A stretch of 64,000 bases of DNA from an uncultured Hyphomicrobiales bacterium (GCA_964498585.1 CAZCHH010000005.1:5506-69505), one strand, 5' to 3'; shown: positions 1 through 11,503, counted from the stretch's first letter. The notes: generated from the sequence alone by a model not told the origin. Program-made: numbers and translations.

Positions 1-786
1 AAGAAAAGTTCAAAATTTGATTATGGTAGAGTGTTAATTATTGCTGGCTCAAGGAAATATCCCGGTGCTGCTGCTCTTACTGCAAATGCTGCTATTAAAT
101 CCGGTGCTGGTCTTGTTGAGCTTTGCACAAATTACCTTCATCCGGCAGTTTTGCCAGAAGTCATTCCAAATTTTCTTGATGAAAACGAGATAGGTTGTAT
201 TGACGACACTGGATATAATTTAGATTTAATTTTAGAAAAGGCAGAAAAATCAAATGCTATCGCTATTGGTCCCGGCATTTCTGACAACGAAGAAGCATTG
301 AATCTGTGCAATCAGGTGCTTAAACAAGTGAATAACGAAATACCTGTTGTTCTTGATGCAGATGCTTTAAGAATAATTAGCAAAGATACAATTTTACGTA
401 GAAATATAATTTTAACTCCGCACTGTGGTGAGTTTTCACGAATTACTGGAATAGAAAGGAAAGAAGTTGAAATTTTTGCTCATAATTTAGCAAAAGAGTG
501 GGCAGAAAAATTTGGCTGCATAGTGCATTTAAAAAATGTTCCTACAATAACAAGCGATGGATGTTCTTCATATTGGAATATATACGGAAATGCGGGAATG
601 GCAACTGGTGGCAGTGGGGACGTTTTAACCGGAATTATAGTTTCACTTTTATCGCAAGGGTTGGAGCCACTTCTAGCCACAGCAGCAGCGTCTTTTATTC
701 ATTCAGAAGCTGGAGATATATATGCAGTAAAGTATGGTGAAAGAACGCTGACTGCCACTGGGCTGATTGAAATGATTAGCTGTTGA
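1..786 (+). CDS. nnrD: NAD(P)HX dehydratase (YjeF C-terminal/NnrD domain), 5'-truncated by the window edge
   Basis: Open frame from base 1 (KKSSKFDYGRVLIIAGS); motifs GAAAL..AA.KSGAGLV, IGPG, DADAL, LTPH.GEF, GMATGGSGDVLTG. Confidence 0.92.
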   Translation, partial: KKSSKFDYGRVLIIAGSRKYPGAAALTANAAIKSGAGLVELCTNYLHPAVLPEVIPNFLDENEIGCIDDTGYNLDLILEKAEKSNAIAIGPGISDNEEALNLCNQVLKQVNNEIPVVLDADALRIISKDTILRRNIILTPHCGEFSRITGIERKEVEIFAHNLAKEWAEKFGCIVHLKNVPTITSDGCSSYWNIYGNAGMATGGSGDVLTGIIVSLLSQGLEPLLATAAASFIHSEAGDIYAVKYGERTLTATGLIEMISC

Positions 787-800
787 GAAAGATTATTTCA

Positions 801-833
801 AGTCATCGTAAGACTGGCAGTCATACGATGACT
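801..833. repeat. REP-like palindrome family H (agtcatcggatgac-tggca-gtcatccgatgact); other copies 47370-47402, 59033-59068, related 41706-41730
   Basis: Near-identical imperfect palindromes at several gene 3' ends. Confidence 0.8.
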
Positions 834-862
834 AAAGCATTGCTAATAATCAATTTTCATAA

Positions 863-890
863 GTAGAGACAAGGCATACCTTGTCTCTAC
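863..890. repeat. GTAG-type REP palindrome
   Basis: gtagagacaagg-cata-ccttgtctctac perfect 12 bp stem beginning with GTAG. Confidence 0.75.
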
Positions 891-1068
891 GTTCATTCAT
901 CGTCACTAAAAAAGATGACGAAATAGGGATTTTCTCCAGCATTGAATCGCTGTAGAGGTTTTTAATTAGATGACAAACATCTTCGTGATTTTGGTCATCT
1001 AAAATTTAATACGCAAATCATCTTACTTCGAATACTTTCGGAATGTTTATTATTTATTTTAAATTGTG

Positions 1069-2439
1069 CTACTCATTAATTGCAATAGTTTTAATATTTA
1101 CAAATTCGTAAATGCCAAATTCAGAAAGTTCTCGACCATAACCAGATGATTTAGTCCCGCCAAAAGGCAGTCGTGGATCTGATTTTACAAAATCATTAAC
1201 GCAACAGGTTCCCGATTGAATGATGTTTTTTGCAATGTATTCTGCTTTTTCAATATCTTTTGAAAAAATAGCGGCACCCAAACCAAATTTTGTATCATTT
1301 GCAATATTGATTGCTTCCTGCTCATCTTCAGCGTTAATAATTGCAGCAACTGGTCCGAAGACTTCTTCATCATAAGCTGGACAACCTTTTTTCACATCAG
1401 TAAGAACAGTAGCTGGATAAAAATACCCTTTTCCGCTTGGTAGCTCTCCGCCGAGAGCAATTTTAGCTCCAAGTTTTACGCTTTCTTCAACTTGCCTATT
1501 GAGATTTTGCTGTAAGTCGCGCCGGGCTTGAGGACCAATGTTCACTTTATCATCAAGAGGATTTCCAACTACTTTTTGGCTCATCTTTTGAACAAAAATA
1601 TTAGTAAATTCTTTAATTACCGGCTTTTCTACGACGAAACGTTTTGCCGCAATACAGCTTTGTCCGCTGTTTAAAGTGCGGGCAGCAACGCAAAGTTCAG
1701 CAGCTTTTTCTAAATTAGCATCCTTGAAAATAATGTATGGGTCGCTTCCGCCAAGCTCAAGAACGACTTTTTTAATTGCTTTTCCGGCATTTGTGCCAAT
1801 TGATGAACCTGCTGGAGTACTGCCTGTTAATGTAACGGCTGCTATATGTTTGCTTTCGATTATTTGTGGAATGGATTCAAAGGGGACAATAAGATTTGTA
1901 AACACACCGACAGGGAAGCCGGCTTCAAGAAATGCTTCCTCAATTTTTTTAGAACAGCCAAACGTATTAGGTGAATGTTTGAGTATTCCTACGTTTCCAG
2001 CCATAAGATTTGGAGCAGCAAACCTAAATACCTGCCAAAAAGGGAAATTCCAAGGCATTATTGCAAGAATTGCCCCAATAGGTTGGAAAGCTATATAATT
2101 TTTGTAGTAATCTGTTTTAACTATTTTGTCTTTCAAGAATTGCTCTGAATTTTCTGCATAATATTCACAAACCCAGGCACATTTTTCAACTTCACCAATT
2201 CCCTGAGCAAGTGGCTTACCCATTTCAAGAGCCATTAACTTAGCATATTCCTGCTTGTTTGCACGTAGAACGTCAGCTACTTTAAACATTCGATTTGAGC
2301 GTTCTTTAAATGTGGATTTTTTCCACACTGGAAAGATTTCATTAGCATTATTTAACTTTTGCTTTACTAATGAAGCCGGCATTTCCTCATAGTTTTCGAG
2401 AATTTCTTCTGTAGCTGGATTAATTGTTGTAAAAATCAT
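1069..2439 (-). CDS. NAD(P)-dependent succinate-semialdehyde dehydrogenase (Sad/GabD1-like ALDH)
   Basis: IMPWNFP, LTGS..AG, LELGGSDP, GQSCIAAKRF, EEVFGP, PFGGTK.SGYGRE. Confidence 0.9.
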   Translation of the reverse strand: MIFTTINPATEEILENYEEMPASLVKQKLNNANEIFPVWKKSTFKERSNRMFKVADVLRANKQEYAKLMALEMGKPLAQGIGEVEKCAWVCEYYAENSEQFLKDKIVKTDYYKNYIAFQPIGAILAIMPWNFPFWQVFRFAAPNLMAGNVGILKHSPNTFGCSKKIEEAFLEAGFPVGVFTNLIVPFESIPQIIESKHIAAVTLTGSTPAGSSIGTNAGKAIKKVVLELGGSDPYIIFKDANLEKAAELCVAARTLNSGQSCIAAKRFVVEKPVIKEFTNIFVQKMSQKVVGNPLDDKVNIGPQARRDLQQNLNRQVEESVKLGAKIALGGELPSGKGYFYPATVLTDVKKGCPAYDEEVFGPVAAIINAEDEQEAINIANDTKFGLGAAIFSKDIEKAEYIAKNIIQSGTCCVNDFVKSDPRLPFGGTKSSGYGRELSEFGIYEFVNIKTIAINE

Positions 2440-3084
2440 TGTTTCGTCCTTTATTTATTGTTAAAATCAATATTTCAAGTAGTTTTGAAATTACTATATG
2501 GTAAAAAGTAGCTATAAGATTCTTACCTGTGTTGTTAATGATATCGCTTATTGTCATTCTGGTGTATGCCAGTATCGATATTGGGAAAGCAAATGAGTTT
2601 AATCACGTAACATTTGGGCTTGCCCAAATGCTTCAATGAAATAGCTAAAATTGAATAGCGTTGAATAATAATAAGATGGATTCAGGCATCCATCAGAATG
2701 ATAGCACACAAATTATTTCATCTCTATTTAAATAAAGTTCTTCTTTTATCGCGGGATTCCGAATCACATTTTTTTCTTTATTATGGCAATTAAGAAAAAT
2801 TCATTTTTCTTTTTATTTAATAAAATAAATTTAAACAACTAAAATGTAAATTACTGAAAATTTCAATGTTCAGATACTCAAAAATGTTAGACTTTCTTTT
2901 GAATTTGACAAATTTGACTTATACATTTTTTAAAATTTTTTAAAATTTCTATTTTTATAAATTATTTATATTGTTAAATTTTATAAAGAAAATTAATTAC
3001 TATTGAGTAATATTTCAAAAAATTTCTGTAATTTGCAAAAAAAAATTTTGATTTTTTGATTTTTTCCTTAAAATTTGAAAAAAT

Positions 3085-5514
3085 ATGCAAGTTTCATACA
3101 ATTGGTTAAAAGAATTGCTTGATTTTAATCTTACAGCAAACGAAGTAATTGATTTGATACAAATCTATGGGATTGAAGTTGAGCATATTATTGATTTTAA
3201 AGAAAAATACAGGAATTTCTACATTGGAAGGATTCTTGAAAGAGAGCTATTACCTAAATCAGACCATTTATCTGTTTTGAAAGTTCAGGTAGCAAGTGAG
3301 ATTTATACTATTATTTGCGGTGCTCCTAATTGCGATGCAAATCAAAATGTTGTTGTAGCTTTGCCCGGTGCAGTTATTCCAACTAATGAATTAGTGATTG
3401 TACGCAGGAAAATCAGAGGAGTTGAATCAAATGGAATGGTTTGCAGCAAGCAAGAACTTGGAATTTCTGATGACCATAGCGGTATTTGGATTTTGGACGA
3501 CAATGCTTCTATTGGTACTCCTTTCGCAGAATATTTCAATTCAAACGATGTAATTCTTGAAATTGGCATTACTCCCAATAGAGCAGACTGGCTAAGCCAT
3601 TTTGGTGTAGCACGCGAAATTGCTGCGGTGAAAGGACTAAAACTGATTAAGCCGGAAATTCAACTGAAAGAAGCCGGCGAAGATATAGAGGAAAATTGTG
3701 AAGTTATTATAGAAGCACCAGAGAAATGCCATCAATACGTTGCCCGTATTGTTAGAAATGTTAAAGTTCAGGATTCACCTCAATGGCTAAAAAATAAACT
3801 ATTATCTCTTGGATTAAGGCCAATCAACGTAGTTGTTGATGTTGCTAATTTTGTTATGCTTGAATGTGGGCAGCCACTTCATTGTTTCGATTTGTCCTGT
3901 GTGGAAAACAATACTATAGTTGTAAAAACTGCTCAGGAAAATTCTAAATTTACTACTTTAGACAGCAAAGAAAGAATTCTCGACGACGAAATGCTGATGA
4001 TATGCGACAAAGCAAAAGCAGTAGCAATAGCTGGCGTTATGGGAGGTGAAAATAGTGAAATTAAGGAATCAACAACTGATGTTTTGATTGAATCAGCTTT
4101 GTTCCTTCCCAGTTCAATCAGACGCACTTCAAAGAAACTTGGTATATCAAGCGATGCCTCTTATCGCTTTGAAAGAGGAATTGATTACGATAGCGTTGTT
4201 TGGGCTGCTAATCGTACTGCTCAACTTCTTGAAGAACTTGCCGGCGGTGTTTGTGATAAGGGTATGATTAATAATAATCCAATTAAACACACACCCCATC
4301 ATTGCTCTATCCGTTGGAAAAGAACTTGTGATGTTATCGGTTTAGAAATTTCACAGGAGCATATTGTTGATATGCTTGAACGCCTTGGATTTAAACTAAT
4401 TACAAAAAATGGTGCATCAGGAACTTTTGCTGTGCCTTCATTCCGAGTTGATATTGAGCAGGAAATTGATTTGATTGAAGAAGTAGTTCGGCTTTATAAC
4501 TATGATAATCTTGTGCCGGACTATTCGAGTAAAATTGATTTTTCAACTATTAGTGGCTTGAAAAATCTTGCTGCACCCGAACTACGCAGTAAGTTAAAGA
4601 ATTTCTTTATTTACAGCGGTTATAACGAAATCTTAACTCAAAATATGATTGCTCCATCAGTTGCTAATCTTTTTGTTAAAGTAGAGGGCGAGATTGTTCA
4701 AATAGCTAATCCATTACGAGAAGAGCTTTCTATTATGCGGCCTTCAATTATTCCATCTGTCCTTCAGGTTATAGACAATAATTTGAAAAATGGGAACAAC
4801 TCACTAAGATTATTTGAGTTAGGCAAGAGTTTTTTAAAAGTCGATGAAAATAAAAGAACAATATTGCCAAGTTTCTTTGAATTTGAGCAATTGGTTGTTG
4901 CCATTACAGGTAAAAAGAATCCTAAGCAATGGGCAGTCCAATCTCAGGATGTAGACTTTTACGATATTAAAGGTATTATTCAAAGTATGTTTGAATTTTT
5001 GAAATTCAAAAATTATTCATTTAAGAACTTAAACGAAAAAGACAGTATTTTTTCAAATAATTCATTACAAATACTGGTTGAAAACGAGCCAGTAGGCATT
5101 TTGGGCGATATTCCCAAAAATATACTCAAGAAATTCGATGTTGATACTAATGTATTTATAGCATGTATTGATTTAGAAAAAATTTATGCGAGCTGCAAAA
5201 AAGAGATGAAATATACAAAAGTATCTCAATATCCTGCTATGACAAGGGATTTATGTTTTAAACTAAATGACAAAATAATGTCTGAAGAAATTATTGAAGA
5301 AATAAATAAAATAAATATTGCAATTTTAAAAGAAATTACTATATTTGATATTTATAAGGGAAAAAATATAGAACAAGGAAAAAAGAGTATAGCATTTTCA
5401 CTAACATTTCAATCGGAAGAACGGACACTAACAGATGAAGAAGTTGATAGCATAGTAAAAAATATTATTCACTCAATAGAAAATAAATTTAATGCTCAAT
5501 TAAGAACTTTTTAA
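3085..5514 (+). CDS. pheT: Phenylalanine--tRNA ligase beta subunit
   Basis: CGAPNC, RGVESNGM.CS, ITPNRADWLSH.GVARE, SYRFERG, C-terminal FDX-ACB (RTLTDEEV). Confidence 0.97.
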   Translation: MQVSYNWLKELLDFNLTANEVIDLIQIYGIEVEHIIDFKEKYRNFYIGRILERELLPKSDHLSVLKVQVASEIYTIICGAPNCDANQNVVVALPGAVIPTNELVIVRRKIRGVESNGMVCSKQELGISDDHSGIWILDDNASIGTPFAEYFNSNDVILEIGITPNRADWLSHFGVAREIAAVKGLKLIKPEIQLKEAGEDIEENCEVIIEAPEKCHQYVARIVRNVKVQDSPQWLKNKLLSLGLRPINVVVDVANFVMLECGQPLHCFDLSCVENNTIVVKTAQENSKFTTLDSKERILDDEMLMICDKAKAVAIAGVMGGENSEIKESTTDVLIESALFLPSSIRRTSKKLGISSDASYRFERGIDYDSVVWAANRTAQLLEELAGGVCDKGMINNNPIKHTPHHCSIRWKRTCDVIGLEISQEHIVDMLERLGFKLITKNGASGTFAVPSFRVDIEQEIDLIEEVVRLYNYDNLVPDYSSKIDFSTISGLKNLAAPELRSKLKNFFIYSGYNEILTQNMIAPSVANLFVKVEGEIVQIANPLREELSIMRPSIIPSVLQVIDNNLKNGNNSLRLFELGKSFLKVDENKRTILPSFFEFEQLVVAITGKKNPKQWAVQSQDVDFYDIKGIIQSMFEFLKFKNYSFKNLNEKDSIFSNNSLQILVENEPVGILGDIPKNILKKFDVDTNVFIACIDLEKIYASCKKEMKYTKVSQYPAMTRDLCFKLNDKIMSEEIIEEINKINIAILKEITIFDIYKGKNIEQGKKSIAFSLTFQSEERTLTDEEVDSIVKNIIHSIENKFNAQLRTF

Positions 5515-5515
5515 T

Positions 5516-6874
5516 ATGCAAGACAACAACACAAATAGTATTGATGCTGCTCTTAGTAATTTTTGGCAGGTAATAAAAAATGTTTCTGAAGAAATTAAAT
5601 TAACTAAAGAAGAAAAGCATCAATTCAAAGAAAAAGCAGAAGATTTAGAGAATCGACTTATGAATATGGATTCAGAGTTCAAAGAACTAAAAGAAAAGTT
5701 TAGAAATCTGCATCTTGAAACAAATGAGTGGAAAGAGCAATGTCAGGAGCTTGCTGTTGTTAATAAATCCAATTTAGATGAGATTGAACGGCTAATTACT
5801 GAAAAATCTGATTTGGATGATGTGGTAAAAAATAACTTTAGTTTGCAAAAACAGGTTGAAGAACTTCAATTACAAATTCAAAAATCCATTGAACTTAATG
5901 ACTCAATTTCCAATGACAACCATAAACTTTCTAATATTAAAACTGAAAATGAACAGCTTAAAGATGATATTGAAAAATTAAAAATTGTTGAAAATGATTT
6001 AAGCTATGCTAAAGAAGAGTTGGTCAGAAAAAACCATTCTATTGTTAAGCTAAGTTCAGAGATTTCTAACAATAAAGAATATATTTCTGAATTAGAAAAT
6101 GAAGTAATCAGATTAAAAAGTTCTATTGAAAAATATCAAAACAAACTTGACGAAAATTCTTTAATCATTAAACAATATAACATATTAAAAGAAGAATTTG
6201 AAAAATTAAGTCAAACCAACCTTGTTCTCTCCAATGAAAATACACAGTTAAGCGAAATGCTCGATTCTCAAAAAAATAATTTTACTAATCAAATTTCAGA
6301 ACTTAATAAAAAAATAGAAGAATTAAATTTAATAATAATTGAAAACGATAATTGTTCTTTGGAAAAAGATAATAAACTGGATGAATATAAAAGGAAAATA
6401 GTTGAATTAAAGAAAGAGAAACAAACTTTTGAAATTAGGACTGGTGAATTCATTGAACAATTAAATAAACTAAAAGCAGAAAAAATTGCTAATGAAATAG
6501 CTTTAAATGACAAAGTAATTCAAATGGAAAATAAGATAAATGAAATTGATAATCAAAGAACTGAATTAGAGAGTGATTTGGAGAAATTTGCTAATATAAA
6601 TCAGGTAAATGGAAAAAATAGCTTTCTCATTAACAAATTAGAGCAGAAATTAGATTTCCTGGAGCAAGAGATTCAAAAGAAAAATTCAGAACTTTCTATT
6701 GAAACAGAAATAAGGAAAAGTTATGAAATGCAGCTTAAAAAACAATCTATTGATTTTAAGCAACAATTAGCTCCTAAAGACAAAGCTGTATTGATTAGTA
6801 AAATTGAAAATATAATAAATATATTAGAAGAACATATTGTTAATGGAAACAAAGATTACATTACTATTCATTAG
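5516..6874 (+). CDS. Long coiled-coil protein of unknown function
   Basis: 452 aa E/K/N/L-rich heptad pattern, no TM segment; starts 1 nt after the pheT stop. Confidence 0.75.
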   Translation: MQDNNTNSIDAALSNFWQVIKNVSEEIKLTKEEKHQFKEKAEDLENRLMNMDSEFKELKEKFRNLHLETNEWKEQCQELAVVNKSNLDEIERLITEKSDLDDVVKNNFSLQKQVEELQLQIQKSIELNDSISNDNHKLSNIKTENEQLKDDIEKLKIVENDLSYAKEELVRKNHSIVKLSSEISNNKEYISELENEVIRLKSSIEKYQNKLDENSLIIKQYNILKEEFEKLSQTNLVLSNENTQLSEMLDSQKNNFTNQISELNKKIEELNLIIIENDNCSLEKDNKLDEYKRKIVELKKEKQTFEIRTGEFIEQLNKLKAEKIANEIALNDKVIQMENKINEIDNQRTELESDLEKFANINQVNGKNSFLINKLEQKLDFLEQEIQKKNSELSIETEIRKSYEMQLKKQSIDFKQQLAPKDKAVLISKIENIINILEEHIVNGNKDYITIH

Positions 6875-8762
6875 CACTGAAGTTGAGAATATTGATTATA
6901 TTTTAAAAGAATTAAACAATATTAATATTATACCTTCGGTTGTGATTAAGCAGGAAATTGATGAAGCATTATTATATTTAAATGATAATAATCCAAACAT
7001 AATATTTTGTGGCTCATCTATTGAGAGTGATTGTATTGATTCGCTGATTAATAGTATTTATGCATTAGAAAAAGAACCATTAGTATTTTTTATTTCTGAC
7101 ATCTCTAATCTTGACTTAATTTTTGAACCACAACAACATAAGAATTTTTACTTTTTAGAAAAAAATAATATAAAGAATTTTATTAATCTTTTTCAGAAAG
7201 ATTTTTTTTCAGCTGAATTTAATCAATCTGTTGAAGAAGATGACGATTTTAAAGATAAAGAAAAGCAAATCCAAAATATAATTAGTTCTGTGCCCGGTTT
7301 AGATATTAAAATTATTCAAAATATTTCAGATATTGTTTTTCTTCTAAATGCTGAAACTTTTGAACTTCTTCATTTAAATGATGCTGCTGAAAAAACTACA
7401 GGTTATAGAAAATCTGAAATAATCGGTAAAAATAAATATGAATTTCTTTCAAAAAATTTCTCTTCATATTATATTGAAAACTCAAAATCTTTTATTAGCA
7501 TAGACAAAGAGTTCGATATGTTTGAAGAGTTCATTAGAACAAAAAATAATGAGCTGAAATTATTATATACAAAAAAATTCAAAATAAGAGATAATCAGAA
7601 TAATTTAAGTTATATTCTTGAAATTGCTGTTGATATTACCGATAAAAAGAAGACTGAAAGTACTTTACTGAAAACTGAATCATTATTTTTAAAACTATTT
7701 CAATCTAGTCCTATTGCTATAGCTATTATTGATTATTCAAATTTTAAAATTATTGATATTAATCAAACATATCAAAATTTATTCGGATATAGCAGAAAAG
7801 AACTAATAGGGACAGATTTTATTGAATATGGATTTTTGGGTAATACTGCAACTGAATTAGTTCTTAATATTGAGAAAATCAATCAAGCAGAATCAACTTC
7901 ACAAAGGGAATTTAATATTAGAAAGAAAGATGGGGCTTATGTTAACTGCATTATTTCTATTGAGCAATTACTTACTGATGACGATTTACCTTTACTTATT
8001 TTTATTGCTCAAGATGTTACTATAATAAGGAAAGCTGAACAAAAGAAAATTAATGCGACAGAAATGGAAATGGAATTGCAAATGCTTCGTTCTCGCTTAA
8101 TTTCTATGCTTTCTCATGAATTTAGAACACCTCTTACAACAATTATGCTTTCAACTGATTTATTGAAAAATTATAGTTCTCAATGGAACGATGTTGAAAA
8201 ATCTCAATATTATAAAAGAATTACTGATACTGTTCTTCATCTAAATCAATTAATTGAAAAATTGCTAACTATTGGTTCAATTGAATCAGGCAGATTTGAT
8301 TTTCATCCGGAAAACATTGATATACCCGCATTTTTTCAATCTATTGTAGATAATATGGCTTTTACTATTGGCAATGAACATCCGATTAAGTTCAAATATA
8401 GTGGCAATTTTAATAATACTTATATTGATGAAAACCTAATCTCATTGATTGTTACAAACCTTATTTCCAATGCTGCAAAGTATTCTGATAAGGATTCAGA
8501 TATACTATTCGATTCTACCTGTGATGGAATTTATTTAACTATTCAGATAAAAGATAAAGGAGTTGGGATTCCGGCTGAAGATTTAAAGAATCTGTTTCAG
8601 ACCTTTTATCGTGCTTCTAACGTGGGGAAAACTACTGGATATGGTTTGGGACTTGCTATTGTAAAAAAATGTGTCGATGCTCATAACGGAGAAATATTTG
8701 TTGAAAGCAAAGAAGGTGTAGGCACTACTTTTATTGTGAAAATTCCTATTGTGAATAAATAA
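6843..8762 (+). CDS. Soluble PAS-PAS sensor histidine kinase with degenerate N-terminal receiver-like region
   Basis: Two PAS/PAC motifs (DITDKK, QDVT), H-box SHEFRTPL, N-box NLISNAAKYS, G1 DKGVGI, G2 GYGLGL; ATG at 6843 preferred over TTG 6837. Confidence 0.9.
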   Translation: METKITLLFISTEVENIDYILKELNNINIIPSVVIKQEIDEALLYLNDNNPNIIFCGSSIESDCIDSLINSIYALEKEPLVFFISDISNLDLIFEPQQHKNFYFLEKNNIKNFINLFQKDFFSAEFNQSVEEDDDFKDKEKQIQNIISSVPGLDIKIIQNISDIVFLLNAETFELLHLNDAAEKTTGYRKSEIIGKNKYEFLSKNFSSYYIENSKSFISIDKEFDMFEEFIRTKNNELKLLYTKKFKIRDNQNNLSYILEIAVDITDKKKTESTLLKTESLFLKLFQSSPIAIAIIDYSNFKIIDINQTYQNLFGYSRKELIGTDFIEYGFLGNTATELVLNIEKINQAESTSQREFNIRKKDGAYVNCIISIEQLLTDDDLPLLIFIAQDVTIIRKAEQKKINATEMEMELQMLRSRLISMLSHEFRTPLTTIMLSTDLLKNYSSQWNDVEKSQYYKRITDTVLHLNQLIEKLLTIGSIESGRFDFHPENIDIPAFFQSIVDNMAFTIGNEHPIKFKYSGNFNNTYIDENLISLIVTNLISNAAKYSDKDSDILFDSTCDGIYLTIQIKDKGVGIPAEDLKNLFQTFYRASNVGKTTGYGLGLAIVKKCVDAHNGEIFVESKEGVGTTFIVKIPIVNK

Positions 8763-8982
8763 GTATATTTTGAATTTAAAGTAATTAGAGTTCTTAAATT
8801 TGTTATCTTGAACTCTAAAATGTAGCAAAAGATTTGTAGGTATAGAGATGTTTATAATTAGTGCTGTCATTGTTTATAAGGTTTTTCTATTTTTTATAAT
8901 AACCAATGATAAACACACCCCCTTTAATCCCCTTTCAAGAGAAGAATTAGAAAAGTGAATTATTAACTAATTAAAAAATCAA

Positions 8983-10392
8983 ATGAACGAAAAGCAAACA
9001 AAATTCGGATTAAAATCTTTTCCTTTTAACTATTGGCTCGTTATCATATTCGAATTTTTTGAACGCGGCTCTTATTATGGAGTAATGAGCTTTTTATCAA
9101 TATATTTAACCTCAGAGCTTGGTTTTTCCAAAGAAGGTGTAGGTGCTATTAAAGGAATTATACAGCCACTTCTTTATTTTCTACCTATTCTTTCTGGTGC
9201 AATAGCAGATTATATTGGTTACAGAAAAACTCTCTTATTTGCATTTTCACTTCTCGGCATTGGATATTTCCTTACAAGTCAGATGACTGAATATTTTGCT
9301 GTCTTCGCTTCTCTTGTTATAATGGGAATTGGTGCCGGTACTTTCAAACCAGTCATAAGTGGAACTATTGCAAAAGTTACTAATGAAAAAAACAGCACAT
9401 TAGGATTTGGTATTTTCTATTGGTCTATTAATCTCGGTGCATTCCTCTTCCCTATGTTTCTTGTCCCTGCATTAAAACAGATTGATGGTTCTTATGTTAT
9501 TATTGCAGCTGCTATTTTTACAAGTTTAATGATTTTTCCTACTATTTTCATTTTTAAAGAGCCGAACAGGGAAGCTAAAGCAAAGAAAGAATCAATTTCT
9601 ACTACTCTGCTTGGTATTTTCAAAAATATTTGGACTGTTGTTTTAGATTGGAAATTTATTCTTTTTATATTTATATACTCTTGGTTTTGGATTCTGTATT
9701 TTCAAATGTTCGATAGCGTCCTTTGGTATCTGAATTTTTTCATTGATACAACGCCAATAAATTTATTTGTTCAATCTATTACAGGTTTGAACTGGAAATT
9801 CGATGTAGAACACGTTACAGTTATTAATGCTTTTACAATTATTTTGCTTCAGCTCTTTGTTTCAGCAATTGTAAAAAATACAAAAGCACTTCCAACAATG
9901 CTTACAGGTATATTATTTGGGACTATTGGCATAACAGTTTTAGCTTTTAGTTCAAATATATGGATTTTTATTTTGGGTATGTTCATCTTTTCTATTGGCG
10001 AAATGACTGCTCATCCGAAATTCATTTCATATCTTGGTTTATTGGCACCTCAGGATAAGAAAGCAACATATATGGGATTTGGTTTTCTTTACGGGGTTTT
10101 TGGCTCATCTATCGGTGCTTTCCTCGGGGCTAATCTTTATGTTTTGTTTTTAGATAATCCAATGATTTCATTTATTAAGCAAAAATTAGCTGATGCTGGC
10201 TCAAGTTTGCTTTTAAATTCAAATGCTACTATTGAACAAGCTCTCGTTGCAGCTGAATCTATCGGATTAACAAAGTATGATGTTATGCAGCACGCTCATA
10301 CTTCTGAATTCTGGCTAATTTTTACAGGAATCGGTATTACTTCTATTATCGCTTTATTGCTATATCAAAAATTTCTGATGAAAAAAGATTGA
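8983..10392 (+). CDS. MFS transporter, POT/peptide-transporter-like
   Basis: EFFERGSYYG (ExxER) motif, GTFKP, multiple hydrophobic helices. Confidence 0.85.
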   Translation: MNEKQTKFGLKSFPFNYWLVIIFEFFERGSYYGVMSFLSIYLTSELGFSKEGVGAIKGIIQPLLYFLPILSGAIADYIGYRKTLLFAFSLLGIGYFLTSQMTEYFAVFASLVIMGIGAGTFKPVISGTIAKVTNEKNSTLGFGIFYWSINLGAFLFPMFLVPALKQIDGSYVIIAAAIFTSLMIFPTIFIFKEPNREAKAKKESISTTLLGIFKNIWTVVLDWKFILFIFIYSWFWILYFQMFDSVLWYLNFFIDTTPINLFVQSITGLNWKFDVEHVTVINAFTIILLQLFVSAIVKNTKALPTMLTGILFGTIGITVLAFSSNIWIFILGMFIFSIGEMTAHPKFISYLGLLAPQDKKATYMGFGFLYGVFGSSIGAFLGANLYVLFLDNPMISFIKQKLADAGSSLLLNSNATIEQALVAAESIGLTKYDVMQHAHTSEFWLIFTGIGITSIIALLLYQKFLMKKD

Positions 10393-10555
10393 TTTGTTTG
10401 TTAAAGAATATTGGCTGATTAATTTAGCTGATGATAAGATTTTGTAACTAAATTGGATTTTAGAAATATAGTTTTTAAGAATTTTAAGTAAATCATTTAT
10501 TATCAGTAACTAATGAAAATGTTGCTTATATTTATAAATAATATTGGGGAAAAAT

Positions 10556-11503
10556 ATGAAAAAGTACCTTTTGTTCTTGATAATAATAATTAGTCTGTCA
10601 AGTTGCTATTCAACATTGAAATGGGAAAAATATAGTAAAAAATTTATGAGTCGATCGGCATTAATTGGAGATATGTTTAACACTATAGCTATTAATAATA
10701 GCGACTTTTTAGCAGGAGAATTTAATCTTGGTGTATTTTATTCAGCAGACAGCGGATTAAATTGGAAAGTTAAAAATGTAGGATTACCTTGTTGCGTAAA
10801 CTTTTTATATATTAATAAAGATATATTTTGGGCTGTTATTAGCGATGGTAAAATTGCATCATCTACAAACAAAGGTGAGAATTGGATTATTAAAAACAAT
10901 GGGTTTAAAGATTCATCTATTGCTGTTACTTCTTTAGCTTTTTCAAATAACAACATTTACGTAGGGACTTATCAAAATGGAGTCTTTTTCTCTTCGGATG
11001 AAGGAGAGTCATGGATTAAAAAAAATACTGGAATCGAAAAAGAATTCATTACTTCTATTATTATTAATGAAAAACATTTATATGTAGGAACATTAGATAA
11101 AGGGATATTTATTTCGGAAGATAATGGAAATACTTGGACAAACAAAAGCAACGGGCTACCTTCTGAGGCAATTATTGCATTACAGAAACAAGGAAATCAT
11201 ATTTATGCTTCAGTTCTAAATTATGGCATTTTTCTTTCAAATGATGAGGGTAACAAATGGTATCCTAAAAATAATGGTATTGGAGATTCATCAAAAATAA
11301 ATATTATTACTTTCCTTTCTGTAAATAATGACCTTTACATTGGTACTTCAGGAGCTGGATTATTCAAATCAACTGATTCGGGTAATTCTTGGAAAAATGT
11401 TGGTTTGAATAATTATTACGTTATCGCTTTAGCAAGTGATAATCAGTATATTTATGCTGGAACTATGAATAATGGATTATTTAAGGCAAAATTTAAAGAA
11501 TAG
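10556..11503 (+). CDS. Lipoprotein with BNR/Asp-box beta-propeller repeats
   Basis: Signal peptide with lipobox LSSC; repeated S.D.G.(N/S)W motifs. Confidence 0.8.
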   Translation: MKKYLLFLIIIISLSSCYSTLKWEKYSKKFMSRSALIGDMFNTIAINNSDFLAGEFNLGVFYSADSGLNWKVKNVGLPCCVNFLYINKDIFWAVISDGKIASSTNKGENWIIKNNGFKDSSIAVTSLAFSNNNIYVGTYQNGVFFSSDEGESWIKKNTGIEKEFITSIIINEKHLYVGTLDKGIFISEDNGNTWTNKSNGLPSEAIIALQKQGNHIYASVLNYGIFLSNDEGNKWYPKNNGIGDSSKINIITFLSVNNDLYIGTSGAGLFKSTDSGNSWKNVGLNNYYVIALASDNQYIYAGTMNNGLFKAKFKE

